This document shows, piece after piece, positions 45,748-55,068 of a DNA stretch of 64,000 nt. Made by a program: the position numbers and the translations under genes. Origin of the DNA: a phage. The DNA lies in the NCBI GenBank assembly GCA_019338205.1, contig GCA_019338205.1_4761.1; one strand, given 5' to 3'. The notes beneath the pieces were generated by a model, which was not told the DNA's origin, did not search any database, and saw only the letters and a list, made by a program, of their open reading frames with translations. The stretch's first letter is position 1, and each line of letters begins with the position of its first letter.

Positions 45748-46080
45748 ATGAAAAATGTACTGATTGTGTGGGAACTGATTCCAGAAACTACTGAATTATA
45801 CATGGTACAGGTTGATAATAAAGAATTTGAAATTCTGAAACGCGTCAACTGCAAATATATTAACATTGATGACATAACCCCAGAAATGGACTATGTAAAC
45901 TATGCTCTCATGCAGCCTAGTTGGATTATGGATGAAACTAAAGCAGACGCCGAATCGCTGGGTGTACCGGAAGAAGTATTAGCGAAATGGCATCAATTCA
46001 AAGTTGAAATAAAGGAGGGCGAACCGTTTATTCCTAGCGGTATGATCGATGCGGTGATCGTAACAGGTTTTCATCTGTAA
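45748..46080 (+). CDS. hypothetical protein
   Basis: 110 aa. Confidence 0.55.
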   Translation: MKNVLIVWELIPETTELYMVQVDNKEFEILKRVNCKYINIDDITPEMDYVNYALMQPSWIMDETKADAESLGVPEEVLAKWHQFKVEIKEGEPFIPSGMIDAVIVTGFHL

Positions 46081-46092
46081 GGAGATTATACA

Positions 46093-46425
46093 ATGTTTAA
46101 CTATGACAAATATGAATCATGGAAAGCGACCGAATTGAAAGAGGCAGCGCGGTTAATCACACCGCGTCTTTATCCGGTGCTGTTTAGCGCCGATAAAGTA
46201 ACAAGGGAAGTCAACGAGGCGCTATCGGTTTTAGGCTATCTGATCGATAAAGTAGAGAAAACATCGGTATTCACAAATAGCGTAGAATATACACGGTATC
46301 GAGTGTTTTTAGATTCCTTGCTCGTTGTCATTAAGGCACTAAATGATCATAACTACACCATGAACATGACGAAAATAATCGACGAAGCAAGAATTATGAC
46401 AGAGAATATTTTCGGTAAATTTTGA
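46093..46425 (+). CDS. hypothetical protein, paralog of 46540..46863
   Basis: 110 aa; C-terminus ...ARIMTENIFGKF versus ...ARKLAENVYGKF in the next gene. Confidence 0.55.
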   Translation: MFNYDKYESWKATELKEAARLITPRLYPVLFSADKVTREVNEALSVLGYLIDKVEKTSVFTNSVEYTRYRVFLDSLLVVIKALNDHNYTMNMTKIIDEARIMTENIFGKF

Positions 46426-46428
46426 TTA

Positions 46429-46554
46429 TGAAAGATGATGAATCATTGAAAATTGCACTGGTTATGTTATTACACTGTATAGAATTAGCAAACCACGAAA
46501 AAATGTTGAAACAACAGCGTGAAATTATGAGAGGTGATTATGATCGAGTTTGAA
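46429..46554 (+). CDS. possible small ORF (about 41 aa), not on the ORF track
   Basis: hand translation MKDDESLKIALVMLLHCIELANHEKMLKQQREIMRGDYDRV; coordinates approximate. Confidence 0.3.
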
Positions 46555-46863
46555 ATTGACAACTTTCACGAAAAAGCAGAAGACATAACCAAAATTTTGA
46601 TTAGTCGAGGTGCATATAATACTAAAGATATTATAAAAGAAGTTAATGTAGCGATGGACGCGATCCGAAATGAATTTAAACATATTTCAGAGATTGGAGA
46701 AAATGGTCATCTTGAAGATGTTGAGCTGGTAGCACTGCGACGCTATTACTTCTTTGTTGATTGCATCATTGATCTAGCTAAAAATTATAGTCATTACATG
46801 AAAGATATTGTAAAAGATGCACGTAAGCTGGCAGAGAATGTTTACGGGAAGTTTCCAGAATGA
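46540..46863 (+). CDS. hypothetical protein, paralog of 46093..46425
   Basis: track ORF 46534..46863 trimmed to ATG. Confidence 0.55.
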   Translation: MIEFEIDNFHEKAEDITKILISRGAYNTKDIIKEVNVAMDAIRNEFKHISEIGENGHLEDVELVALRRYYFFVDCIIDLAKNYSHYMKDIVKDARKLAENVYGKFPE

Positions 46864-47108
46864 AATTAGAACAAGCGATTGTATACTTTGAGATGGGCTA
46901 TGATATTGCTCGTGTAGAGTGGGAAGATGGTGATTTTGTCCGATTGATTGATCTTCCAGAAACAGCTATTGCACTGGTCAAAGTAGAAAACGGCATACAA
47001 CGCAATTACGCGTTTTCTGACGAAGACAAACAAGCCGATGACTGGTACGCTACATGTTTTCATCATACAGCGTCAAAATGCGATTCAGGCGCGTCTATGC
47101 GTCAATAA
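46860..47108 (+). CDS. DUF2829-like small protein (candidate Tad2-type anti-defence sponge)
   Basis: 82 aa; N-terminal MKLEQAIVYFEMGYDIARVEW and C-terminal YAFSDEDKQADDWY fit my recollection of the DUF2829 pattern. Confidence 0.5.
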   Translation: MKLEQAIVYFEMGYDIARVEWEDGDFVRLIDLPETAIALVKVENGIQRNYAFSDEDKQADDWYATCFHHTASKCDSGASMRQ

Positions 47109-47140
47109 AAAAGAAGGGGAGGCCGAAAGGCTTCCCCTTT
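47106..47140. terminator. bidirectional terminator at the convergence of the plus-strand early cluster and the minus-strand late operon
   Basis: AAGGGGAGGCCGAAAGGCTTCCCCTT hairpin; A-run upstream gives a T-run on the minus strand directly after holin t. Confidence 0.7.
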
Positions 47141-47143
47141 AAG

Positions 47144-47800
47144 TTATCTAATCCTTCCGAGGATTCTGGCAGATTGATTGCAAAGAGTATCTAAATTCTC
47201 AATGTCAATATCCGGTTTATTCTTCCATGCAATGGAGATACTACCAGAATAGACATTGTCGAGATTGAATATAGGACAAGAATACATAACCCCTATATCG
47301 ATACTCTCTAATTTCTTTTCTCTTGATGGAATATACTGGAAATCTTTATCGGTAAAATAGGATTTACCTAAAAGATGCCTACGATATTCTTCACTCGTTT
47401 TATTGATAGGGAATCCGCCTAAATTCTTTTCGTCGATCGTATGAGGTAGCTTTCCTTCATATGCCACCAAATCAACAAAATAGTTTAGGTTTTTCGGACG
47501 AAAACTAAAAACAGCAGAAAAATCGGCATCAGCCGACACATGAACTATCTGTAACTGCTCCTGTGCTGCATTATCAAAATTGCGGTCTTTCTCTACCTGG
47601 AGAACGTGAGCATAAGTCTCATAACGAGTCTCTTTATAAAGCGCAAATAACTCGTTTTTACTATAAACGACAAATGCTAATATAGACAACACGACGGCAG
47701 CAAAAACACGAAGTACGAGCAACTCCGTGCTTTTAGTTGTGAAAATAGCGCGCAGGACATTTGAGATAGCAAAGTCTTTCCCTTTTTCAGAAACTTGCAT
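47144..47800 (-). CDS. t: holin T
   Basis: 218 aa, same length as T4 T; LEQLQIVHVSADADFSAVFSFRPKNLNYFVDLVAYEGKLP and CNQSARILGR match remembered T4 holin; N-terminal transmembrane segment. Confidence 0.93.
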   Translation of the reverse strand: MQVSEKGKDFAISNVLRAIFTTKSTELLVLRVFAAVVLSILAFVVYSKNELFALYKETRYETYAHVLQVEKDRNFDNAAQEQLQIVHVSADADFSAVFSFRPKNLNYFVDLVAYEGKLPHTIDEKNLGGFPINKTSEEYRRHLLGKSYFTDKDFQYIPSREKKLESIDIGVMYSCPIFNLDNVYSGSISIAWKNKPDIDIENLDTLCNQSARILGRIR

Positions 47801-47833
47801 ATAATGCCCTAAGATAACTATGACAGTGTACTC

Positions 47834-48073
47834 TTATTTAGGTACTTGACTATCACTAGGTTTATCTTGCTCGTTGCTATCTTCTGACTGATCTTTATTA
47901 AACTCCTTATAAAGTTCTTCCACAAAACGATCATCAATTGGCGTATTGGTATAAGCCGCAAGACGACGAGCGCAATAGAAGAAAATTTTAGTGAGCATCT
48001 TTTCACTAATTAACTTTGACAATAGTTTCATTCCGAAATTAGACAAAGCACCAATGACGATATTATAGACCAT
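47834..48073 (-). CDS. hypothetical protein with hydrophobic N-terminus
   Basis: 79 aa; strong RBS AAGGAGAAACGGCT before the ATG; between the Gly-rich ORFs and holin. Confidence 0.6.
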   Translation of the reverse strand: MVYNIVIGALSNFGMKLLSKLISEKMLTKIFFYCARRLAAYTNTPIDDRFVEELYKEFNKDQSEDSNEQDKPSDSQVPK

Positions 48074-48126
48074 AGCCGTTTCTCCTTAGTAGTTCCCTTC
48101 CCTGGGAGTTTTCCTTAATTCTTTTT

Positions 48127-48429
48127 TTAACGGTTGCTCAAGCGTCTATAACGAAGATGGGAAATACCCCTGTTTGTAGTTACCGTGATCGTTACTCCCT
48201 GCGGCACAATACAAGAATGGATCTGTCCCCAATCATGACCCTTATGACTTCCAGACACACAGAAGCCATGCAAAAGCAATTCTGAGTCACCACCGCCACC
48301 ACCAGAAGAACTAGCACCAAATGAAACCGTACCGAAAGCGTCGGCTGTCCAACCGTTAGGAATATCAAACCATCCCTGATTCGCTTTACCGGCTTTATTG
48401 TCTAAAACTCCATACACCCAATATCCCAT
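48127..48429 (-). CDS. glycine-rich small protein, paralog 3 of 3
   Basis: 100 aa; W.DIPNGW motif and GGGGG run; tightly packed with its paralogs. Confidence 0.6.
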   Translation of the reverse strand: MGYWVYGVLDNKAGKANQGWFDIPNGWTADAFGTVSFGASSSGGGGGDSELLLHGFCVSGSHKGHDWGQIHSCIVPQGVTITVTTNRGISHLRYRRLSNR

Positions 48430-48734
48430 TAATGCATTCTCCTAAATTGGAAGTGGTTTAAACTTCCTTTACCAATACTAAAACTGACAGTAGCGCCAGC
48501 ACCAACTAAAGAACTTGCTCCCCAACTTCCTGCATTACCAGCGTGATGACCTGATTCGAGAGTACCGTTTACATATAATTCTGCGTCCAGGTCACCACCG
48601 CCACCAACGGCTTCGGCATGAACAGACACAATACCGCATGAATCAGCCACCCAACCATTAGGGATACCAAACCACCCACCATTAGCATAAATGCTAATAG
48701 CATTAGCCATTCTTCCCGCAACCCATCCAGCCAT
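48429..48734 (-). CDS. glycine-rich small protein, paralog 2 of 3
   Basis: 101 aa; GGWFGIPNGWVADSCG, GGGGD. Confidence 0.6.
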   Translation of the reverse strand: MAGWVAGRMANAISIYANGGWFGIPNGWVADSCGIVSVHAEAVGGGGDLDAELYVNGTLESGHHAGNAGSWGASSLVGAGATVSFSIGKGSLNHFQFRRMH

Positions 48735-48736
48735 AA

Positions 48737-49033
48737 TTAAAACTCCATAAATTTAAAGTATTCAATACCACCGCCACCACCATGACCAAAGGTGACAGTA
48801 CATCCAGCAGGAACAAACGCATTAACCGTAAATCCCCAATCCCCACCACCACGACGACGCGCGGCGACCACACCGTCAACGGAAATATGAATATCACCCC
48901 AAACATCACGAGCGGTATGCCGCAAAACGGCAACACCAGCACGACCGGGGACATATCCATTAGGAATGTCAAATACATGCCATTTTACAGCATCGATTTT
49001 AGTTCCTTGTTCATTACTTACCCAATAGCCCAT
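48737..49033 (-). CDS. glycine-rich small protein, paralog 1 of 3
   Basis: 98 aa; FDIPNGYVP, GGGGG near the C-terminus; immediately downstream of gp37. Confidence 0.6.
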   Translation of the reverse strand: MGYWVSNEQGTKIDAVKWHVFDIPNGYVPGRAGVAVLRHTARDVWGDIHISVDGVVAARRRGGGDWGFTVNAFVPAGCTVTFGHGGGGGIEYFKFMEF

Positions 49034-49039
49034 TTAAAA

Positions 49040-49062
49040 TCCTTAGCGGGGATTTCTCCCCG
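49040..49062 (-). promoter_or_regulatory. intercistronic stem-loop
   Basis: perfect inverted repeat AGCGGGGA-N-TCCCCGCT between gp37 and the first Gly-rich ORF. Confidence 0.5.
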
Positions 49063-49071
49063 CTATTTAAA

Positions 49072-52000
49072 TTAACCAAATAATTTTGCTTCAATTGCAG
49101 CAAGACGATCATGAAGAATTTTATTTTCTTCTTTCAGACGGTTATTTTCTTCTTTAAGAAGTGCGATTTCTTCGGTGTGTTCGTTGATTGCCGCAGTATT
49201 TAAACCAATTACACCGTTATAGTTCAAACGAAGTAGAGCTTCGCCATCAGGGTCACCTTCAACTAATTCTGGTAAAATAGCTTGAACTTCTTGAGCAATT
49301 AAACCGGCGTTAGGTTCCCATTTCTGATTGCCTTCTTCATCTAGGCCTCGCTTCTGCATATAAGTGTAACCATTAATTTTGGAAAGCCTCTCAGAAGCAT
49401 TTTCAAATTTAACAAGGTCTTTTTTAACACGAATATCAGAACGAACATAAACATCGCGGACATATGTGGAATAGGAATCGCTTTGTTGGATTAAATGACC
49501 AAAAGAAATAATAGCTCTTCCGTGTTCAGTCCACAGAGCACCAGTGGTATCCCAAAGACCTTCATGGAGATGGTAAGCGGACGACCATGAAGCAATATGC
49601 ATTCCATTTGCAACCATATTGATTCGGCCGTCACCACCATGAACTAATCCAGTATCATTATCACCAATAACAACACATGCGCCTGTCCATACAGGGTCAC
49701 CTCCACCAGCTGATACTCTTACTCCAGCTTTAACCATGTCAGGAACGTACATGTTTCCATTATGGTGGAATTCGAAGACAGCTTGCGGATCAGAACCATT
49801 TTCCTGGTTACCTACACGAATAATACCTTGTGCCCAGTTATTAGGAATGCGTCGCATACCAAAATCAACGCCAGAAAAATATCCTTCGTTAGTAATACCA
49901 GATTTTCCTTTAATAATAGGGTAATAGCAGTCATTACCGACATAACCAAAATCCACAAATATAGGAGCTTCTTGACGCCATTGATTTCCCCAATCGCCGG
50001 CCTGGTGTGCGATCCATTGTGTACCGTTTATATGAAGGCGGTCTCTATTAAAATTAAATGTTCCTTGTCCTTGAGGAGAAAGCGATATTTCGCCGTTATT
50101 TGTTATGTATACAGCGCCTTGTGTAATGTAACTGTAAAAGCCTAGACCATTGTCACCACCGCCTTTGCCTATATACCAGTTACCTGTACCGTCTATGTCA
50201 CCACGAATATGCAAAGAATTACTAGCAGTTGTTGATAATACAATAGAATCACCCGGACGTTTAATAATCAATCTACCTTCGGATTCAACTTCACCAAAAA
50301 ATTTAGTCTTAATTGCACCAGTCGCTAAAGTACGTTCAGTGGAAAAATGAACGCCTTTGCTATCTTCTAACTGGATGATGTTATCACGAGCATTATTACT
50401 ATCACCCCAATGGTTAAATTTAAAATAATCTCGTGATCCTAAACGTCCGGCGTCAAAAATCATCAAGCCTTTCATGTTAATATCACCACCAAAAAATGCG
50501 GTGAGAGAATCACATTTTAATTTTAAAACGTTAGCACGACTAGTACCACCTAAAGAAACATCACCAGTGCTAAATTCATAACTGAAAGGTCTATTTGTAT
50601 TAAAGTTTCCATCTTTATCATTTTCGTCGGTGGAAAGAATATAAAGACGCGAGCTATCAGCACGGAAAATTGTACCAAAATTTCCGCCATACATACGGAA
50701 AGCATTAGCTGGGCGGAATTTAACTTCTGCGTTAAAAGTTGTAGTTGATTTAAACGTGGTTGCAGCACCGAAGTTAACTGCACCATTAAAATCTTGTTGA
50801 GCTGTCCATGTATGGCGACCATCTTCAAGAACAACACGACGAACTCTGCAACTTCTATTTCCCGGATTACCAGCAACACGAACGACAAAATAACGGTAGT
50901 TATTTTGTGTCACAGTACCGCGCCAAACCTGAACAGTACGCCCTGTGCTAGTGTGTTCGCTAGGACCGACGGAAAACAGAATCAAGTTTTCATCAATCGT
51001 GCCCCAATCCATATTTTCTGGCATGTTCTTTATTTTGTTCAAAGGAACGCTAAACATACTACCGGGGACAAAATCAAAAGTTTGCCAATCTAACTCTGTT
51101 AATTTAGATTTAACACCACCCATACCCAAAGTAATTGGCATAGAATAGGACGTATATACTTCGTACCAATTGCCCCAGATGTTATTTGTCATCGCACGTT
51201 CAAACACGCGAGATCGCGTAGTTTCACCCGTTCCTGCGGTAGTGAAACGTTGGAAAATAGCGCCGCCGGAAGCACGCTGTTTAACCTCAAGCAATCCGGT
51301 CATCTCAACCGGAACACCTTCTGCAACTGGACGGTTAATAACGGCATCAGTGCCTAAAATATTATATAAGCCAGGAGAACGAAAATTATTAAGATCCCCG
51401 TCATAAAATGTGCTGGGAGTAACCATGCCTACTTGTTGCCACGGTCCCCAATTCGGAGCTTCTGGATCCCATGCACCAGCAAGACAACGAACATATACAA
51501 CACCCATTCGGGTAGTATAACGTTGCGTGCGAGAATAGTTACCACCTTCATAAATTTCTAAAAGACCTTGCGCGAGACCACCTTCTTCTGGGTAATTTCG
51601 AGAAAATGATGCAATGGAACTTGAACTATTTCGCCATAACCCAAAATGAGAAGCATCACCTAAAGTATTCAAGTCTAGTGTAGTTGATAGTGGACGTGTG
51701 CCAGTTTGAATATTGCGCCACGGACCCCATGGACCATCTACGCCATTCCATTTCGCGGACAAAGAACGGATATAAACGTTACCAGACCGAACCGTATAAC
51801 GCTGAGTGCCAGCAAATTGACCAGCCACAAATACTTCTAATACACCTACAGCATTCTCTTCTGGGAATTTATTTGCTGGCTGCGCATTTGTTGAAGTTGA
51901 TTTAGACCAAACGCCAGTAAATTTACCAGTAGGTCCATAATTATCTAAATTTGCATCAGATGGCAACTCACCGCGAAAGTGTCCCAAAGTAATTACATTA

Positions 52001-52134
52001 TTGCTGTCATCTTTTGTATATAGTTCTCGATCCGCTAGGTTAATAGCAAGTTCACCCGGAGTTAGAATATTCGCATCCGGCTTGCGACCTGCCGTACTTG
52101 TTCTTTTAAATTGGATTCTCTGTAAATCTGCCAT
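49072..52134 (-). CDS. 37: long tail fibre distal subunit gp37 with C-terminal intramolecular chaperone domain
   Basis: N-terminus MADLQRIQFKRTSTAGRKP...GELAINL...TKDDS matches remembered T4 gp37; C-terminal 150 aa look like the self-cleaving chaperone of tailspike/endosialidase proteins (SDIRVKKDL...NAGLIAQEVQAILPELV...). Confidence 0.9.
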   Translation of the reverse strand: MADLQRIQFKRTSTAGRKPDANILTPGELAINLADRELYTKDDSNNVITLGHFRGELPSDANLDNYGPTGKFTGVWSKSTSTNAQPANKFPEENAVGVLEVFVAGQFAGTQRYTVRSGNVYIRSLSAKWNGVDGPWGPWRNIQTGTRPLSTTLDLNTLGDASHFGLWRNSSSSIASFSRNYPEEGGLAQGLLEIYEGGNYSRTQRYTTRMGVVYVRCLAGAWDPEAPNWGPWQQVGMVTPSTFYDGDLNNFRSPGLYNILGTDAVINRPVAEGVPVEMTGLLEVKQRASGGAIFQRFTTAGTGETTRSRVFERAMTNNIWGNWYEVYTSYSMPITLGMGGVKSKLTELDWQTFDFVPGSMFSVPLNKIKNMPENMDWGTIDENLILFSVGPSEHTSTGRTVQVWRGTVTQNNYRYFVVRVAGNPGNRSCRVRRVVLEDGRHTWTAQQDFNGAVNFGAATTFKSTTTFNAEVKFRPANAFRMYGGNFGTIFRADSSRLYILSTDENDKDGNFNTNRPFSYEFSTGDVSLGGTSRANVLKLKCDSLTAFFGGDINMKGLMIFDAGRLGSRDYFKFNHWGDSNNARDNIIQLEDSKGVHFSTERTLATGAIKTKFFGEVESEGRLIIKRPGDSIVLSTTASNSLHIRGDIDGTGNWYIGKGGGDNGLGFYSYITQGAVYITNNGEISLSPQGQGTFNFNRDRLHINGTQWIAHQAGDWGNQWRQEAPIFVDFGYVGNDCYYPIIKGKSGITNEGYFSGVDFGMRRIPNNWAQGIIRVGNQENGSDPQAVFEFHHNGNMYVPDMVKAGVRVSAGGGDPVWTGACVVIGDNDTGLVHGGDGRINMVANGMHIASWSSAYHLHEGLWDTTGALWTEHGRAIISFGHLIQQSDSYSTYVRDVYVRSDIRVKKDLVKFENASERLSKINGYTYMQKRGLDEEGNQKWEPNAGLIAQEVQAILPELVEGDPDGEALLRLNYNGVIGLNTAAINEHTEEIALLKEENNRLKEENKILHDRLAAIEAKLFG

Positions 52135-52171
52135 TTTATAAAATCCTTAACGGTTGTTAGAATAATATTAT

Positions 52172-52196
52172 TTAGAAAAGCGGGGATTATCCCCGC
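52172..52196 (-). terminator. stem-loop with T-run between gp36 and gp37
   Basis: AGCGGGGA-TAA-TCCCCGCT hairpin followed by TTTTCT on the minus strand; TAAATAAT late-promoter-like motif downstream. Confidence 0.45.
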
Positions 52197-52201
52197 TAGA
52201 A

Positions 52202-53692
52202 TTAGAAAGTACCAAAATCAATTACCGCATTAAGCGGAACCGCGCCAACTTCGGCAGGGGTAGGTTTGTGTCCTTCGTGGTATAATTCAAATGTATCGGT
52301 GTCCTGAGTATTGTTGCGTGATTTAACGAAAATAATTTTAGAATCATGTGTGATGCCTAGTTTCTCGTGCGCTTTAATATCACTAACACGATGAATCATT
52401 GCTGTGCCATCTAAGCTATTAAGTCCAGCGTAGCAATTATCACCATTATAGTTAGCTTTTGCGGTACGAACGCCGTTTGCAGCGGGAACTGTCAAAGCAC
52501 CTCTCATGGTATCGCCAGTAACATTAACATAGCGAGCATCAGCCAATTTACGGTTATCTACATAGTTCCATGCAGTCCATGATTCATTAGAACAAGAACG
52601 CCAGCACATCGGATGATCAATAGATTCAGGATAGTATACCTGAACAATTCGACGAGTACCGACCGCATCTTCTGGGCGATATACCATCAAAACGCCGTTA
52701 TAATAGCTATCAGACGGTTTATTAGTACCTGATCCAGCATTTTCCACACGATAGATACCGCGATTAATAAGAGTGTTCCAATCAACGTTTCCAATGATTG
52801 TTGGATTTGCTACCATTGATTTTTTCTCAAAGTAGCTCAAACGAACCAATTCATTAGGACCAGCAGGATCGTTTGTCGCCAACATTCTAGGCGCTTGCAA
52901 GTTACCTTCCATAATATCACCAGCACGTTTAACCTGTGCATCATTGGTGACATTGCCTAGCCCAACATCGGCTTTAGTTGGTTTATTGTTGGTGTGATAA
53001 AAACGACCTTCTCTGCCATTAACAAAAATGGTAGGCTCATCTTTACTTCGGAAGACCAACGTATCAAGAACGTTACCATAATAGATCTTAGTCGCATCAA
53101 AATTAATTAAATCACGTTCCCTTGCAATTAATTTCGAATCAACCGATAGTTTAACAGTGACAGTGTTTAAATTATATGTTCCTGTGAGAGTATCACCGCG
53201 ACGAGACACCAAATCTAAATCATTATTCGTTGGTTTATTAACAGGGCTATAGACGCGTTGACCTGTGTCTTTAATGGTTGTCCCTTCGATAGTCCCTTTA
53301 GACTTAAATTCGCCCGTTGTGGTGTCAATATACGCCATAATAACGCCATCACGGGCATTAACAAAGCCGATTGACTTCCATGAATGCAAACCCCAGCTTA
53401 CGCCGTCAAAATTAGCAGCGTCGCTCTGACCTTTAAAGATACCATTCTTTTTGGTTTCTCCAGCCGATGCGCTACCTACGCTTAAACCTTCCTCGAAATG
53501 AACTTGCTTTTGAAATGTGCCACCTTCGGATGCACTAACAGCATCAAAATCGGTAGCCGAAGGTCTATCAAAAGCGGTATAGATTTTATGACCTTTGTAG
53601 AAAAGCTGATCCCCCGCTGGCTGGATCGTCAAGTTTCCTTGCGTCCAAATGGGAGATCCACCTACAGTAGATCCATATTTCAAATCTGCCAT
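52202..53692 (-). CDS. 36: long tail fibre subunit gp36 (enlarged relative to T4)
   Basis: N-terminus MADLKYGSTVGGSPIWTQGN matches remembered T4 gp36; 496 aa. Confidence 0.85.
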   Translation of the reverse strand: MADLKYGSTVGGSPIWTQGNLTIQPAGDQLFYKGHKIYTAFDRPSATDFDAVSASEGGTFQKQVHFEEGLSVGSASAGETKKNGIFKGQSDAANFDGVSWGLHSWKSIGFVNARDGVIMAYIDTTTGEFKSKGTIEGTTIKDTGQRVYSPVNKPTNNDLDLVSRRGDTLTGTYNLNTVTVKLSVDSKLIARERDLINFDATKIYYGNVLDTLVFRSKDEPTIFVNGREGRFYHTNNKPTKADVGLGNVTNDAQVKRAGDIMEGNLQAPRMLATNDPAGPNELVRLSYFEKKSMVANPTIIGNVDWNTLINRGIYRVENAGSGTNKPSDSYYNGVLMVYRPEDAVGTRRIVQVYYPESIDHPMCWRSCSNESWTAWNYVDNRKLADARYVNVTGDTMRGALTVPAANGVRTAKANYNGDNCYAGLNSLDGTAMIHRVSDIKAHEKLGITHDSKIIFVKSRNNTQDTDTFELYHEGHKPTPAEVGAVPLNAVIDFGTF

Positions 53693-53725
53693 AAAGTAAC
53701 CTCAAAAATTAGTTATAGTTCCGAG

Positions 53726-53733
53726 TATTTATA
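53726..53733 (-). promoter_or_regulatory. T4-type late promoter (TATAAATA)
   Basis: TATAAATA on the minus strand about 33 nt upstream of the gp36 ATG. Confidence 0.6.
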
Positions 53734-53849
53734 GAATGTTAACAAAATATCGCTTCGCGACGTGCCGTAGGCACTGACTAATTTTTAACCGAAACAAACT
53801 TTTCTATATTCTAAAGATCTTTCTTCGTTTTGGTTACATTTTAACCAAC

Positions 53850-53884
53850 TGTATAAAAATAAAGCCGACCACATGGATCGGCTT
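53850..53884 (-). terminator. rho-independent terminator after gp35
   Basis: AAGCCGA(T)CCATGTGGTCGGCTT hairpin followed by TATTTTTAT on the minus strand. Confidence 0.6.
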
Positions 53885-53894
53885 GTTAAAAATG

Positions 53895-55034
53895 TTAATC
53901 AACATCGAACTCTTTAAAGTTGTTGGATGTGATGTGTTTATTATCTCTAGGAAGTTTAAGAAGACTCATTACAGGGTTAGTAAAATCACCGTTATCCTGA
54001 ATATGAGTTGTTCTAACACCATTAACACCAAATGAAGTAGGACCAGTAGTTTTGACGACTCCACTGATCGGCGTTATTAGTATGTTTCTAATTTTAACAA
54101 TACCTTCATTTGAGTTGGTTGGATATCTGATACAACCAGTTACTACACTATCGACACCTTCCGGCACGGTATAGACGGCTTCAAACTTTTCCCATTGGTC
54201 TTTTTTGCTGGCATTGTATCGAACACCAGTTTTATATTGTCCATCGGTGAAGTAGTTGTGATAGAAACGCGCTGTTACGTTGGCTGCGGCTGCGGCACTA
54301 TCACGGAACAATTCAAATGATAATGATAGTTTGTCACCTGCCTTTATGTTAAAATATTCAAGTGGTGCGCTGATCTCATCATGAGGCCATTGTATTAGCT
54401 CGAAATGTTCGGCATCTTCACTAACATACTCAACCGGATAATCTAAAAATCGTTGTGGTGTTCCTGTTATAGCAAGATCATCTATAGTATCATAGACTTT
54501 CTCAATTTGTATAGATGAATCTTGTCCTTCCCCGTGGGTCGCTTGCATCCCTTCGCACACAATTTTACCCATTTTAGTAGAATAAATTGCTGCATAGGAT
54601 ACACGAGGCATTTGCTGTAGCAAAATGTGATTCGGGAATGATACAGATCCCATCTTAGAAAATACAACATCACTTATCGGATCTGCAAACAATTCTCCAT
54701 GCGTTGCCATCGCAATGATATAGTCACCTTTCAGCAAAGAAAGATAATCACGCATTGCCAAAACAGCACCGCGACCATAGAATACCTTTTCTTCGTGTAG
54801 TTGTCCAGTTGGAGTAAGAACTTTAAAATTTAGGCCATTTTCATAGCCAGTGCCAACGATCTCCACTCCATTAAATCTAATCCTTGCTGGTTTGGTAGAA
54901 TCCGCATTAGATCCGCGAACTTCCAGCTTATACATCACAGAGTTATTTTCTGAAATGCTGGTAAATGTCGCAGAGTCTTCGTCGAAATGCGCAAACCTAA
55001 TTCCAGTGTTGCGTAATTCTATATCTTGTGTCAT
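53895..55034 (-). CDS. 35: long tail fibre hinge protein at the gp35 position
   Basis: 379 aa between gp34 and gp36; assignment by synteny and size. Confidence 0.7.
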   Translation of the reverse strand: MTQDIELRNTGIRFAHFDEDSATFTSISENNSVMYKLEVRGSNADSTKPARIRFNGVEIVGTGYENGLNFKVLTPTGQLHEEKVFYGRGAVLAMRDYLSLLKGDYIIAMATHGELFADPISDVVFSKMGSVSFPNHILLQQMPRVSYAAIYSTKMGKIVCEGMQATHGEGQDSSIQIEKVYDTIDDLAITGTPQRFLDYPVEYVSEDAEHFELIQWPHDEISAPLEYFNIKAGDKLSLSFELFRDSAAAAANVTARFYHNYFTDGQYKTGVRYNASKKDQWEKFEAVYTVPEGVDSVVTGCIRYPTNSNEGIVKIRNILITPISGVVKTTGPTSFGVNGVRTTHIQDNGDFTNPVMSLLKLPRDNKHITSNNFKEFDVD

Positions 55035-55068
55035 AATAACCCCATAGGGGGACTTTCGCCCCCTTTAA

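Noticed and set aside
48703-49075. Alternative frames over the Gly-rich ORFs (minus 48703-48978, plus 48782-49075)
   Set aside because: The GC/G-rich sequence opens several frames; the three tightly packed paralogous minus-strand ORFs with shared motifs are the coherent reading.
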